Shown: positions 1 to 15,000 of the stretch, piece by piece
How positions within the stretch are numbered: the first letter of the stretch is position 1
Layout: each line of letters opens with the position of its first letter
Source of the DNA: an uncultured Spirochaetota bacterium
GTDB lineage: Bacteria > Spirochaetota > Spirochaetia > SZUA-6 > Fen-1364
Assembly (NCBI GenBank): GCA_963820525.1
Contig: CAWGAA010000001.1
Span: 1,024,001-1,088,000 of the forward strand
DNA: 64,000 nucleotides
Reading direction: 5' to 3'
Position numbers and translations under genes: made by a program
Notes under the pieces: generated by a model
Told to the model about the DNA's origin: nothing
Database searches by the model: none
The model's input: the letters and a program-made list of their open reading frames with translations, nothing else

Positions 1-1
1 C

Positions 2-70
2 GATTGGAACCTTGAGCCGCTGAATGCCGACAGTCCGAGTATTATCGTGGTGTGCCGCAAGCGAGAGTGA
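2..70 (+). CDS. 3' end of a gene cut by the window edge, possibly a class I SAM-dependent methyltransferase
   Basis: Frame 2 reads DWNLEPLNADSPSIIVVCRKRE*, which resembles the GDW...SP.IIVVARK C-terminus of class I methyltransferases. Only 22 aa are visible. Confidence 0.4.
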   Translation, partial: DWNLEPLNADSPSIIVVCRKRE

Positions 71-107
71 GCACAATAGGCTCGTGGAATCGGATAAAAT
101 AAAAAAA

Positions 108-222
<115 letters not shown>

Positions 223-367
223 AATAATAGACAGAGATGGGTGAAGGATTGTTTTGCGCTGTCGCGCTGAAAGCGCGCAGCTGGCATGACCCTCTCGGCG
301 TTTGCTCGCGCAAACGCATTGCCCGTGTCGCGCTTCGCGCCGACGCGGGCGGGAATACTCAAAAATA

Positions 368-3381
<3,014 letters not shown>

Positions 3382-3816
3382 TATTTTCAAGTATTCCATC
3401 TCGTGCGCGTCGGCCGAAGCGCGGTATTCCGCGCGGAGGCGACACGCACACGCGGGCTCTGCCCGCGCGTAACCGCGTCAGCGACTTGCGCAGCAAGTCG
3501 CGAGAGCGGTCTCCTGCGCGCGCCCCCTCACGGAGCCGCGCAAGTTCCAAGCCACGCCGCCTATGCCGAGACGTCGTGACTCTCTAGCAGCACGCTCAGG
3601 CCAACCGGTAATCCGTTGGCGTCGCCGCAGGGCGGTATTTCCGCCCAAGGGACACCAACTTGCCTGGCGCGCCGCCGCGGCTCCGGCCCTTGGGCCGACG
3701 CCGCTGTTGTGGTGTCGCCTGCGTGCGGAAATACCGCACTCCGGCCGACCCCACAGTACTGCTTCCCCGTCTCTCAGGCCAACGGTTCCACAGTATCCTT
3801 CACCCTTCCCTAATGT

Positions 3817-3829
3817 GTGTCAAAGAGCA
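3817..3829 (-). promoter_or_regulatory. boxA antitermination site in the 16S-23S spacer
   Basis: TGCTCTTTGACAC on the minus strand, downstream of tRNA-Ile; matches the boxA consensus TGCTCTTTAACA. Confidence 0.75.
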
Positions 3830-3898
3830 TTTTTGTTATTTGCGACGCCTTTTCCAGTCGCACGCTTCCTGCTCCCAGAATCTTCGAGACGCCGCTCG

Positions 3899-3972
<74 letters not shown>

Positions 3973-4182
3973 ATACACCATGTAGCGCGCCGGGCCTCTC
4001 CGGAAGAGCCCCCGGCGTGTATATAAGGAAAGGGAAGGGAGATGGAGGAACGGGTCGCCGCGCACTCGCTTTCGTTGCGCGCGGGTTTGCGCAAACGCTC
4101 TCGGCGTTTCGGCCCTTGCGGGCCTCCAACGCCTGCCGCGTTCGCGCTTCCGCAAAATGGCTTCCGCCATTTCGCTAGATCT

Positions 4183-5738
<1,556 letters not shown>

Positions 5739-5930
5739 ATAAGGGCTGCCCTTGCGGGCAGCTTTTATTATCGATGCAGAGCCGCTCTCGCGGGTTTCCC
5801 CATGGAAACCGCGGGATTGACTTCGAAGCTCGCTCACCGCCACCGCTGACGTGCGGACGGCTCGCTCGCTTCTCGCAGTGCCCTCAGGCACCACGTTGAC
5901 CCGTTCTCTCTTCTCTCCCCTTCCCTATTC

Positions 5931-5971
5931 CTGTCAAAGATCCGTAGCAATTCCCCCGCAGGGGGAATTGC
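5931..5971 (-). promoter_or_regulatory. rrn leader boxB-like hairpin plus boxA-like site
   Basis: Hairpin GCAATTCCCC-loop-GGGGAATTGC directly followed on the minus strand by GGATCTTTGACAG. Confidence 0.55.
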
Positions 5972-6181
5972 GAAGCGCGTCAGCGGTTTGCATAACAAAC
6001 CGCGGGAGCGCAGCACCGTGGCTCTCCACGGCGGGCCCAACATCCGTTTCTCGCAACCGGCGCCGGACCTTGGCTGCCCCCCCAAAGCCCCTTTCGGTGC
6101 CCTTGACGCGCCAATCTCAAGGACGGCTCTCCCCCCCTCTGAAACTGCCAGGGGATCGCGCACCCTTGAGGCAAGGACCGT

Positions 6182-6210
6182 TTTATATACCCAATTCGAA
6201 AAGGTGTCAA
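6182..6210 (-). promoter_or_regulatory. sigma70-type rRNA operon promoter
   Basis: TTGACA-N17-TATAAA on the minus strand, upstream of the 16S. Confidence 0.7.
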
Positions 6211-6246
6211 CAGGCAAAGGGAAAAAGCCTTTTAAAATACCTCGCC

Positions 6247-6275
6247 TTGACTCGCCCGCCGCCGCTCACTACTAT
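6247..6275 (+). promoter_or_regulatory. sigma70-type promoter of the ahcY operon
   Basis: TTGACT-N17-TACTAT, divergent from the rrn promoter. Confidence 0.65.
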
Positions 6276-6334
6276 CAAGCTCGGCGCCCGGAGCCCGAGG
6301 AGGGCGGCACGCACAGCCTTTCAAAGGAGCGGAC

Positions 6335-7591
6335 ATGGCCAACAGCAAGATCAAGGACATCGGCCTGGCGGAAGCCGGCAGGCTTCGAATCGCATGGGCG
6401 GAGTCCCGCATGCCCGTCCTTCTGGCACTTCGGGAAAAGCACGCAAAGGCGAAGTCCCTGAAGGGAATGCGCGTGGCCGGCTGCCTCCACGTCACCAAGG
6501 AGACTGCCGTTCTCGTGAAGACCCTGGTTGCCGCGGGAGCCGAGATCTCCTGGTCCGGGTGTAACCCCCTTTCGACGCAGGATGACGTGGCCGCCGCACT
6601 GGCCGCCGACGATCTGTCAATGTACGCCTGGCACGGACAGAGCCGCGAAGACTTCTACTGGTGCATCGACAAAACCCTGGAGCTGAAGCCGACCCTCACC
6701 CTGGATGATGGGGCAGACCTCATCTTCCGCGTCCACAGCCAGAAAACGGACCTGGCACCCGGCATTCTCGGCGGCACGGAGGAGACCACCACGGGGGTTC
6801 ATCGCCTGCGTGCAATGGGGGAGGCGCGGAAGCTTCTCTACCCCATCGTCGCGGTGAACGACGCCGAAACCAAGCGGGATTTCGACAACGTTTACGGCAC
6901 CGGCCAATCCTCCATTGACGGGATCCTCAGGGCCACCTCCATCCTTCTTGCCGGCAAGACCTTCGTTGTGGCGGGCTATGGGCACTGCGGCAGGGGCGTG
7001 GCCGCTAGGGCCAGGGGAATGGGCGCCCAGGTCGTTGTCACCGAGGTGGATCCCATCCAGGCGCTGCGAGCCTCGATGGACGGCTTCCCCGTCATGCCGA
7101 TGGACGATGCCGCGGGGATGGGAGACATCTTCATCACCGCAACGGGGGTGAAGGACGTCATCGTGAAGAGACACTTCCAGAAAATGAAGGACGGGGCCGT
7201 GATCTGCAACACGGGCCACTACGACTGCGAGATCAAGATTCCGGATCTCGCCTCGCTGGCGGGAAAGGTGACGGAGATCCGCGCCAACAACGAGGAATAC
7301 ACCATGAAGGACGGCCGCCGGATCTACCTCCTTGCCAAGGGAAGGCTCGTCAACCTCGCCGCCGCCGAAGGCCACCCCTCCGAGGTCATGGACATGTCAT
7401 TCGCAAACCAGTTCCTCTCGCTCATCAGGCTCGCTCGCGAGGGCAAGACCATGGAGAAGAGGGTCTACACGATAGACAAGTCCCAGGACCACGAGATCGC
7501 GCAGGTGAAGCTCTCCACGATGGGCAGGAGCATCGACACCCTCACCCCGGAGCAGGTGGCGTACCTCTCCGACTTCGCGAGCGGTACATGA
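6335..7591 (+). CDS. ahcY: adenosylhomocysteinase
   Basis: Motifs GCLHVTKETA, CNPLSTQD, GGTEETTTG, FDNVYGTGQS, GRLVNLAAAEGHP; SD AAGGAG. Confidence 0.97.
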   Translation: MANSKIKDIGLAEAGRLRIAWAESRMPVLLALREKHAKAKSLKGMRVAGCLHVTKETAVLVKTLVAAGAEISWSGCNPLSTQDDVAAALAADDLSMYAWHGQSREDFYWCIDKTLELKPTLTLDDGADLIFRVHSQKTDLAPGILGGTEETTTGVHRLRAMGEARKLLYPIVAVNDAETKRDFDNVYGTGQSSIDGILRATSILLAGKTFVVAGYGHCGRGVAARARGMGAQVVVTEVDPIQALRASMDGFPVMPMDDAAGMGDIFITATGVKDVIVKRHFQKMKDGAVICNTGHYDCEIKIPDLASLAGKVTEIRANNEEYTMKDGRRIYLLAKGRLVNLAAAEGHPSEVMDMSFANQFLSLIRLAREGKTMEKRVYTIDKSQDHEIAQVKLSTMGRSIDTLTPEQVAYLSDFASGT

Positions 7592-7827
7592 GCGCCTACA
7601 TCGCCTGCCGAACGTGCGGAAAATACTCGGAGGCGGGAGAGACGGGCGGCCGCCGTCACTGCTCCAAGGAGTGCACGCTGGGGTACGGCGCATGCGTCAC
7701 CTGCGGCACCTATTTCCGCAAGGGGCAGGGATTCGACGACGAACACTGCAGCAAGGCCTGCACCGTGAAATACGTGATCCTTCGAAAATACGGGCCCCAA
7801 CCCGTGACAATCGTAGCAGAGGTGTAA
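7588..7827 (+). CDS. small protein with duplicated CxxC...HCSKxC metal-binding motif (TRASH-like)
   Basis: ATGA overlap with ahcY and a 7-nt gap to adk; two repeats, CRTCG..HCSKEC and CVTCG..HCSKAC. Confidence 0.7.
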   Translation: MSAYIACRTCGKYSEAGETGGRRHCSKECTLGYGACVTCGTYFRKGQGFDDEHCSKACTVKYVILRKYGPQPVTIVAEV

Positions 7828-7834
7828 ACGAATC

Positions 7835-8470
7835 ATGAAACTCATCTTTCTCGGCCCCCCGGGGGCGGGCAAGGGAACCCTCGCCGGGCTCGTCAGCAAG
7901 GAGCTCGGCATTCCTCAGATCTCCACGGGAGACATCTTCCGCGACGCGATAAAGCGCGAAACGGAGCTGGGCAAGAAGGTGAAGGAGATCGTCAGCCGCG
8001 GAGACCTGGTGCCCGACGAGCTCACCGTGAGCCTGGTCAAGGAGAGGCTCGCCCAGCCCGACGCGGCAAAGGGGTACATCCTCGATGGATTCCCCCGGAC
8101 CATTCCCCAGGCGGAAGCGCTGGAAGCCTTCGAAGCGCTCGACTCGGCGATCAATTTCCGCATCAGCGACCGCGAGGTGATCAAGAGGCTTTCGGGACGG
8201 CGGGTGTGCAAGAACTGCGGCGCCATCTACAACGTGGACAACATGCCGCCGAAGAAGGAAGGCGTCTGCGACGCGTGCGGCGGTCCCCTCTATACGCGGC
8301 CCGACGACACCGTCGAATCGATCACGAACCGGCTCGAGGTTTACAAGAAACAGACCGAGCCCCTGATCCATTTCTACGAGAAAAGAAGGCTCCTGCGCAA
8401 CGTCAACTCGGACAAGACGCCCCAGGACACGCTGGAGCAGCTTCGAAAGGTGCTGGGAAAGGTTTCCTAA
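7835..8470 (+). CDS. adk: adenylate kinase (Zn-lid type)
   Basis: GPPGAGKGT, STGDIFR, LDGFPRT, CxxC...CxxC lid, RPDD. Confidence 0.97.
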   Translation: MKLIFLGPPGAGKGTLAGLVSKELGIPQISTGDIFRDAIKRETELGKKVKEIVSRGDLVPDELTVSLVKERLAQPDAAKGYILDGFPRTIPQAEALEAFEALDSAINFRISDREVIKRLSGRRVCKNCGAIYNVDNMPPKKEGVCDACGGPLYTRPDDTVESITNRLEVYKKQTEPLIHFYEKRRLLRNVNSDKTPQDTLEQLRKVLGKVS

Positions 8471-8547
8471 AGCCGATCGCGGCCGGCACCCGGCGGATGC
8501 GCCGCCGGTGTTGCATCGCCGGACGTTGTTCGATTGGGAAGCGGCGG

Positions 8548-9543
8548 CTACTTCGTCGGTGACTGCGGCGGAGTGCCGCCTTTTTCGTCCTTGGCGGGAG
8601 GCTCGCCGCCGCCCTTTTCATCCTTGGCCGCCGGCTCCGTCTGCGGCAGCATGTTCCTTGCCTTGAGAGCGGCTTCCACGTCGCTTCTCTTCTGCAGCTG
8701 CGACGAATCCAGCAGGACCTTGACGGCATCCATGTCATGAAAGCCCAGCTCCAGGGCCTGCTTGAGCGCGCTCAACCCCTTGTCGGGGTCCTCGATCACC
8801 GTGAGGAGGAGCCGCGCCTTGCCGAACCACGCCCTTGGCTCCTTGGCGTCCAGCGTGACCACCTTGTCGTAAGCGTCAAGCGCCTGTGAATACTTCTCGA
8901 GCCGCTCGAAGCAATCGGCCCTGAGAAGCTGCGCGTCAGCCTGGTCCGGCTTCTTTTCCAATAGGCGGTCCAGGTTTTCAAGGGCCTTCTGAGGCTCGTC
9001 GAGCTGGAGAAGGAGCGAGGCCGCGCCATACAGGCCATCCGCGTCGTCGGGGGCCAGCGTGAGGAGCTTCTGAAGACGCTCCAGGGCCTCCGGCTTGCGG
9101 TCCAGCTTCCACAGCACGAGGGCGCCATTGTACAAGGCGTCCTGGTTCTCCGGGGAAAGCTGGATGATCTTGTCGTACATCGCCAGGGAATCGGCATCCT
9201 TGCCCTCGATGTGGAGCGCCCATCCCAGGGCGGCCATCACCGTCACGTTCTGGGGGTCATCGGAGAGCAGCCGGGCGAGCACCTCCCTGGCCTCGCTGGT
9301 ATTCTGCGTGCGGATGAGGGCGAGGGCGAGGTTGTAGCGGGCCTGAACGTTGGAGGGGTCCAGGCGTACGGCGTCCCTGTAGTATAGCGCCGCCTTGTCG
9401 AATTGCCCCAGGCCCGCGTACGCGTTTCCCACGTTGTAGTATTCGGCTGCCACGTCCTGGTTTCGCGTCGTCGTGGCACAGCCGGCGAGAACCGCCGTCA
9501 CGGCCAGAAGCGCCCCGAAGGCGGCGACGCCCGCTCGAATCAT
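8548..9543 (-). CDS. TPR-repeat lipoprotein
   Basis: Lipobox VLAGC followed by many TPR-like repeats (YYNVGNAY, ARYNLALAL, AWFGKAR). Confidence 0.85.
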   Translation of the reverse strand: MIRAGVAAFGALLAVTAVLAGCATTTRNQDVAAEYYNVGNAYAGLGQFDKAALYYRDAVRLDPSNVQARYNLALALIRTQNTSEAREVLARLLSDDPQNVTVMAALGWALHIEGKDADSLAMYDKIIQLSPENQDALYNGALVLWKLDRKPEALERLQKLLTLAPDDADGLYGAASLLLQLDEPQKALENLDRLLEKKPDQADAQLLRADCFERLEKYSQALDAYDKVVTLDAKEPRAWFGKARLLLTVIEDPDKGLSALKQALELGFHDMDAVKVLLDSSQLQKRSDVEAALKARNMLPQTEPAAKDEKGGGEPPAKDEKGGTPPQSPTK

Positions 9544-9652
9544 GCGCCCACTATACCCTCAAAGGGCGGACAGGCACAACCCGAGGGCTCCCCCCGATTC
9601 CCTTGACGAGCACGGCGCCTGAGTCCTATACAGTAGTGACTAAAGGATCTCG

Positions 9653-10789
9653 GTGAATCGAAAAGCTGGTTCCGTGGGCATCGTGACGCCCCGCGATATG
9701 GTCATCTTCCAGCCTCCCGACTCCCTCCTGCTGGACAGCGGCAAGAGGCTCTCCCCCATCACGCTGCGCTACGAGACCTACGGAGAGCTCAACCGCGAGC
9801 AGAGCAATGCCATCCTCGTCTTCCACGCCTTTTCGGGAGATTCCCACGCCGCCGGCCTCTACTCTTCAGAAGACAAGGCGCCGGGCTGGTGGGACCCCAT
9901 GATCGGGCCCGGCAGGGCTTTCGACACCGAAAAGTACTTCGTCATATGCTCCAACGTGATCGGAGGCTGCCGGGGATCCACGGGACCGTCGTCCATCAAT
10001 CCCGAGACGGCAAAGCCCTACGGCCTCTCTTTCCCCGTCATCACGATACACGACATGGTGAAGGCCCAGGCGGCCCTGCTGGAGCGGCTCGAGATCCCTT
10101 CCCTCTACGCGGTGGCGGGGGGATCCATGGGCGGGATGCTGACGCTCGACATGTGCGTGAGCTACCCGCAGATGGTGAGGTCCGCGGTCGTGCTCGCCTC
10201 CACGGCGCGCCTCACGGCGCAGGGCATCGCCTTCGACGCGGTGGGCAGGAACGCGATCATGTCGGATCCCAACTGGATGGGCGGGGACTACTACGGCAAG
10301 GCGATCCCCTCCCAGGGGCTTGCGATCGCGCGGATGGTCGGGCACATCACCTATCTGTCCGAGGAGCACATGGGCGCCAAGTTCGGCAGGAAGCTGCGCG
10401 ACCGCGAGGCCTACGGTTTCGACTTCGCCAACGAGTTCGCCGTCGAGACATATCTCCAGTACAAGGGAGACGCCTTCGTCGAGCGCTTCGACGCAAACTC
10501 CTACCTCTATATCACCAAGGCCATGGACTATTTCGACCTGGGGGAGAGGCACGGAGGGCTCGTCAACGCCCTGGGAAAGATCCGGGCGAAGCTCCTCGTG
10601 GTTTCCTTCAGCTCGGACTGGCTCTACCCCTCCTACCAGTCGAAGGAGATCGTCTTCGGCCTCATGCAGAACGGGAAGGACGTCTCCTATGTCGAGCTCA
10701 ATGCCCCCTACGGCCACGATTCGTTCCTGATGGAGTCCGACAGACAGACCGGCATCATCAGCGCGTTCCTGAGGAACATCGATGCCTGA
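9653..10789 (+). CDS. metX: homoserine O-acetyltransferase
   Basis: HAFSGDSHAAG, GGCRGSTGP, GGSMGG, RFDANSY, YGHDSFL. Confidence 0.93.
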   Translation: MNRKAGSVGIVTPRDMVIFQPPDSLLLDSGKRLSPITLRYETYGELNREQSNAILVFHAFSGDSHAAGLYSSEDKAPGWWDPMIGPGRAFDTEKYFVICSNVIGGCRGSTGPSSINPETAKPYGLSFPVITIHDMVKAQAALLERLEIPSLYAVAGGSMGGMLTLDMCVSYPQMVRSAVVLASTARLTAQGIAFDAVGRNAIMSDPNWMGGDYYGKAIPSQGLAIARMVGHITYLSEEHMGAKFGRKLRDREAYGFDFANEFAVETYLQYKGDAFVERFDANSYLYITKAMDYFDLGERHGGLVNALGKIRAKLLVVSFSSDWLYPSYQSKEIVFGLMQNGKDVSYVELNAPYGHDSFLMESDRQTGIISAFLRNIDA

Positions 10790-11411
10790 GCACAGACGCC
10801 CCCACCTGAGCTACAACCGGATCGTGGAGCTGATCGAGCGCGGGCGCTCCGTCCTGGACCTCGGCTGCGGCGACGGAGAGCTCCTCCTGCGCCTGACGCG
10901 GGAGAAGGAGGCGCGGGGGCGCGGCGTGGACATCGAGGAGTCGATGGTGATGCAGTGCATCGCCAAGGGTCTGTCGGTCTTCCAGGGCAACCTCGACGAG
11001 GGGCTGAAGGACCTCGGCTCCGCCGTGTACGACTACGTGGTTCTCAACCAGACGCTGCAGGTGACGCGGCGGCCCACCCTCGTTGTCAGCGAGATGCTGC
11101 GGGTGGGCAGGAAGGCCATCGTGGCCTTCCCCAACTTCGGCAATTGGAGGCTGATCGGACAGCTTCTCTTCCGGGGAAGGATGCCGGTGACGGCGGACCT
11201 GCCCTACCAGTGGTACGACACCCCCAACATCCACCTGTGCACCCGAGGCGATTTCGTGGATTACTGCGCGCGAAACGGTATCAGGATCTTGAAGGAGATC
11301 AGGATCGGGGGCGGCTCGGGGATCCTTTCGCGGGCGGCCGTCTCCCTCATGCCCAACCTCTTCGCGACGGAAGTGATGTTCGTCCTCGAGGGAAAGCGGG
11401 GGGCTGAATAG
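10782..11411 (+). CDS. metW: methionine biosynthesis protein MetW
   Basis: VLDLGCGDG and LPYQWYDTPNIHLCT; overlaps the end of metX. Confidence 0.93.
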   Translation: MPEHRRPHLSYNRIVELIERGRSVLDLGCGDGELLLRLTREKEARGRGVDIEESMVMQCIAKGLSVFQGNLDEGLKDLGSAVYDYVVLNQTLQVTRRPTLVVSEMLRVGRKAIVAFPNFGNWRLIGQLLFRGRMPVTADLPYQWYDTPNIHLCTRGDFVDYCARNGIRILKEIRIGGGSGILSRAAVSLMPNLFATEVMFVLEGKRGAE

Positions 11412-11449
11412 CGCTCCCGGCGCGCCCGCCGGGAGCGGCCCTCCCCTGT

Positions 11450-11920
11450 TCAGTTCTCCGTGAGGATCTCCAGGTCGTAGCGATCCTGGGCCAGGGCCTT
11501 GTGCCGCTTCTCCTCCTCCGCCAGACCCTTGAAGAGGAACTTCAGCTCGTCTTCCACGGCGCGCGACTCAAGCGCCCTATAGAGCTGAAGAGATTTCTCC
11601 TCTTTCTGGATCACGAGAAGGAGAAAATCCTGGTAGCTCATATCGGGGCTGAAGCTCACCGGGACGGTGTAATCCGATATCCGGAGGTCCAAGGCGGGGG
11701 ACGCGGAGAACATCGCGGAAAGCGACGGGCGGGCGCGGAGCTCCCTGAGGCTCTGCTCGTGCCGGCCTTCCTGGTCCGACATCGTCAACAGGAGGGATCG
11801 AAGGCCCTGGCGGTCCGTGGCCGCCGCGTAGCCGTGGTAGAGCTCCCGGGCTTCCTTCTCCCTTGCGATGGCGAAATCGAGAATTGAAGCGACTGAATCG
11901 AGTCTTCCAGGGTCTTGCAT
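11450..11920 (-). CDS. rubrerythrin/ferritin-like diiron protein
   Basis: Two E...ExxH helix pairs (AIAREKEA...EGRH; IQKEEKS...EEKRH). Confidence 0.85.
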   Translation of the reverse strand: MQDPGRLDSVASILDFAIAREKEARELYHGYAAATDRQGLRSLLLTMSDQEGRHEQSLRELRARPSLSAMFSASPALDLRISDYTVPVSFSPDMSYQDFLLLVIQKEEKSLQLYRALESRAVEDELKFLFKGLAEEEKRHKALAQDRYDLEILTEN

Positions 11921-11941
11921 CCGCCCTCGTCCCTCCGGGTC

Positions 11942-12013
11942 ATCCTACCATGGCAGAGGACGACTTGTCAAAATCGGCTGTTCATTGACAGGCAGGCCGA
12001 TTCTTTATACCAT
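11942..12013. promoter_or_regulatory. back-to-back sigma70 promoters for the ferritin-like gene and the cyclase gene
   Basis: Minus strand TTGACA-N18-TAGGAT (11971-11942); plus strand TTGACA-N17-TACCAT (11985-12013). Confidence 0.6.
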
Positions 12014-12055
12014 TCAATGGAAAGTTCATGACGTGTGATATGAATACAATGGCAC

Positions 12056-15000
12056 ATGGCGCAGAAACAGGCAGCTAAAAAATCGACAACCTCCCTCCCC
12101 AAGGAAGGCAAGGTCACGGCCCTGTCCCTGCTGAAGAGCTTCTACGACGAGGAGGTCTTCAGGCTCCTCGTGAAGGAGTTCTACAACTCGGACATCGACG
12201 TGAGCGAGACGGCCATCAGGTCCTCGGGCTCCCTGGGCAACGAGGTGGCCATTCCGCATCTCTACCAGATGGTGGAGCGGGGAAAGAAGTCGCAGAGAAT
12301 CGCGGCCATCAGAGCCTTGAGCGCCATCCGCGCCCCTTCCTCCACGGGAATGCTCATCAAGTACTTCAACCACTTCCCCGAAGAAGACGTGCGCACCGAG
12401 ATCCTCACCGCAATCAACACCATCTCCTCCACGAGCCAGCAGGTTCAGGAGCTCAACCAGGCCGTTTTCGCCGACCCGAAGCAGAGCGAGTCCGTGAAGC
12501 GGATCGCCGTCATGGCCCTGGTGGATGCCGAAAGGTACTCTTTTCTCAAGGACACTCTTCCCCGCAGCTCCGTCAAGGTCCAGGAGGCGGCTTTCGACCA
12601 GATGCTCCAGTCCGGCTCCCAGGAGGTGCTGGATTTCATCGGGGAATCCCTGGCGCCGTCGGCCCTCGGCCGCTACCTCTGCGTCTACATCCTGAAGGCA
12701 AAGAACCCCCAGCAGAACTACATCCTGGAAAAGCTGCAAGGGGGGCGGAAGGAGGTCATCACCTCGTTCCTCCTCTCCCTGTCGCAGTTCCAGGGCAGGA
12801 TCCACTACCCCACCCGGGTGTTCCGCCTGCTTCTCATCTCCCCGTTCGTCGACACGGAGACCGAAGCGCTTGTCGGGGATTTCCTCAAGAAGATCGTGGC
12901 CGAGGTGAAGAGCACCTCGCCCCACCTCCTGAGCGAGTTCTCCGTGATCACCTCTGCCCACCTCGACACGGTGTTCTCCAAGGTCAGAAAGAACTACATC
13001 TCCCTCAAGGGCATCACCAACAAGGAGGTCCTCCTCGCCACGGTCCTGGCCTCACTTCTGGAGAAGTACGCCTCCCCGACCATGGTCGGGGACGTGCAGA
13101 GGTATTTCAAGGCTGAATACTCCGGGTTCACGCCGCCCGTCGCCCAGCTGAAATCGCTGCTCACGCGCGCCCCGAAAGAGGACCAGAACCGATTCGAGGC
13201 CTGCATTCCCCTATTCTCGCTGCCGGAGAAGAAGGAAAAGCTCCAGGTCTTCTCGATCATCACCCGGGTGGACGTCAACCGCCCCATCTACCTGCGGCGG
13301 CTCAACAGGCTGATCAGGGTGGCGGGGGCGCTGGAGATCAAGACCGCGTCAAAGAGAATTCAGGAGATCCTCGATTTCGCGCGCGGGGAGCGGATCCAGC
13401 ATCTCGAAGAAACCTCGATCGTCACCCTCTGCCAGCTCCTCACACGCTCCATCATCGAGCAGTCCAAGGAGTACTTCTCCCAGCCGAACAAGAACATACG
13501 CTCTCTCAACGGCTATATCCGCGGCTCGCGCTTCATACCCGCCAAGATCATGATCGGCCCCCTGGTGCACCTGCTCCTGCTGCCGACTTTGGCTCCTTCT
13601 TCCCGGGCCCTGATCGCCGATTCCCTTCTTTCCATGGATCTCTCCGGCGTGAAGAGGATCCTGCCGGCGCTCCTGAAGGCCCTGGACATGCCGGAGATCG
13701 ATTCCGAGCTCAAGCTCCAGATCGGGGAGGTCCTGAGCCGCTTCTCCGACTCTTCGATCGGCCATCAGCTCGTGGACATCACGGGGCACGCGGACCCCAT
13801 CGCGCGCAGGGTGGCCGTGCGGGTGCTGAAGGCGCTGGCGCGGAAGGGACAGGGAATCGCCTCGGATGTCCTCACCAACCGGCTCTACCTCCTCCTGGAT
13901 GACAAGGAGCAGAGCGTGAGGGTGGAAGCCCTCCTGGCGCTTCTCGACCTGAACGACGACTACGCCGTGCAGATCGTCGGAGACTACGTGCAGTCCGGAG
14001 ACGCCGAGATCGTGGCCCAGGTTCTTGCCAACATCGGCAAATCGCTCTCCCGCGAGACCTTCGCCCTGATCATGGACGCGCTGGCCATGGACAGCCTGCC
14101 CGTGCAGGAAGCCCTGAGGGGGCTCCTTCCCGAGCTGTGCCAGGGAAGCTTTGCCGAGGAGCTTCGCCAGATGCTCCTGGAATCTCTCACCGTCATCCCC
14201 GGCTCCGCCGGCGCGCCGAGCCGCGCCCCCGCCGTGGTCCATGCACCCCAGCCCGCGGCGGACAGCCTCCTGGGCCATGCCAAGCTCGAGTTCAAGTTCA
14301 AGCGGGAGAACACGCAGAGCCTGACCGTCTTTTTCATCGACATCGTCGGCTACACGGAGAAGTCGACAACGATCGACATGTCCTCCCTGTTGAAGCTGAT
14401 CAAGGTATTCGAGGAGATCGTCTCCTCCGCCGTCTCCGACAGCCGCGGCTCCATCGTAAAGAAGTGGGGAGACGGCATCCTGGCCGTTTTCAAACATCCT
14501 TTGAACGGAGCCCTCGCGGCGCTCTCCATTCAGCAGAGGATCTCGCAGTACAATTCGATGCGCGTGGAGCAGGAGAAGTTCCAGGCCCGCATCGGGCTGA
14601 GCACGGGCCTGGTGATCAAAAAAGACGGCGACATCTTCGGGGAGGTGGTCAACGTCGCCTCCCGCATGCAGTCAGCGGCAAGCCCGGGGGGCATCCTCCT
14701 CACCGAATCGACCTTCGAGGGGATCCGGGAGTACGTGCGGTGCATCGAGCTGGGAAAGATCCAGGTCAAGGGGATCAAGGAGGCGATCACCGCCTATTCT
14801 CCGGAAGAGGTGATCGTCGACATGAAGAAGATCCAGGGCTCCACCGCGGGAGCCGCCTCCAACGGGGCGTCCGCGGATACCAGCATGGAGAAGCTGCGGG
14901 AATCGATCTTTACTCCCGATTTCACGCTGCCGTCGTCAGCTGCCGGAAACCCGGAGGTGGCCGGCTTCATCAGGGAAGTGTTCTCCGACATCTCGCGCGC

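Noticed and set aside
6276..6334. Possible SAH riboswitch before ahcY (CCGAGGAG..)
   Set aside because: The leader is too short and lacks the downstream CCAGGCTCGG pairing and the pseudoknot elements.
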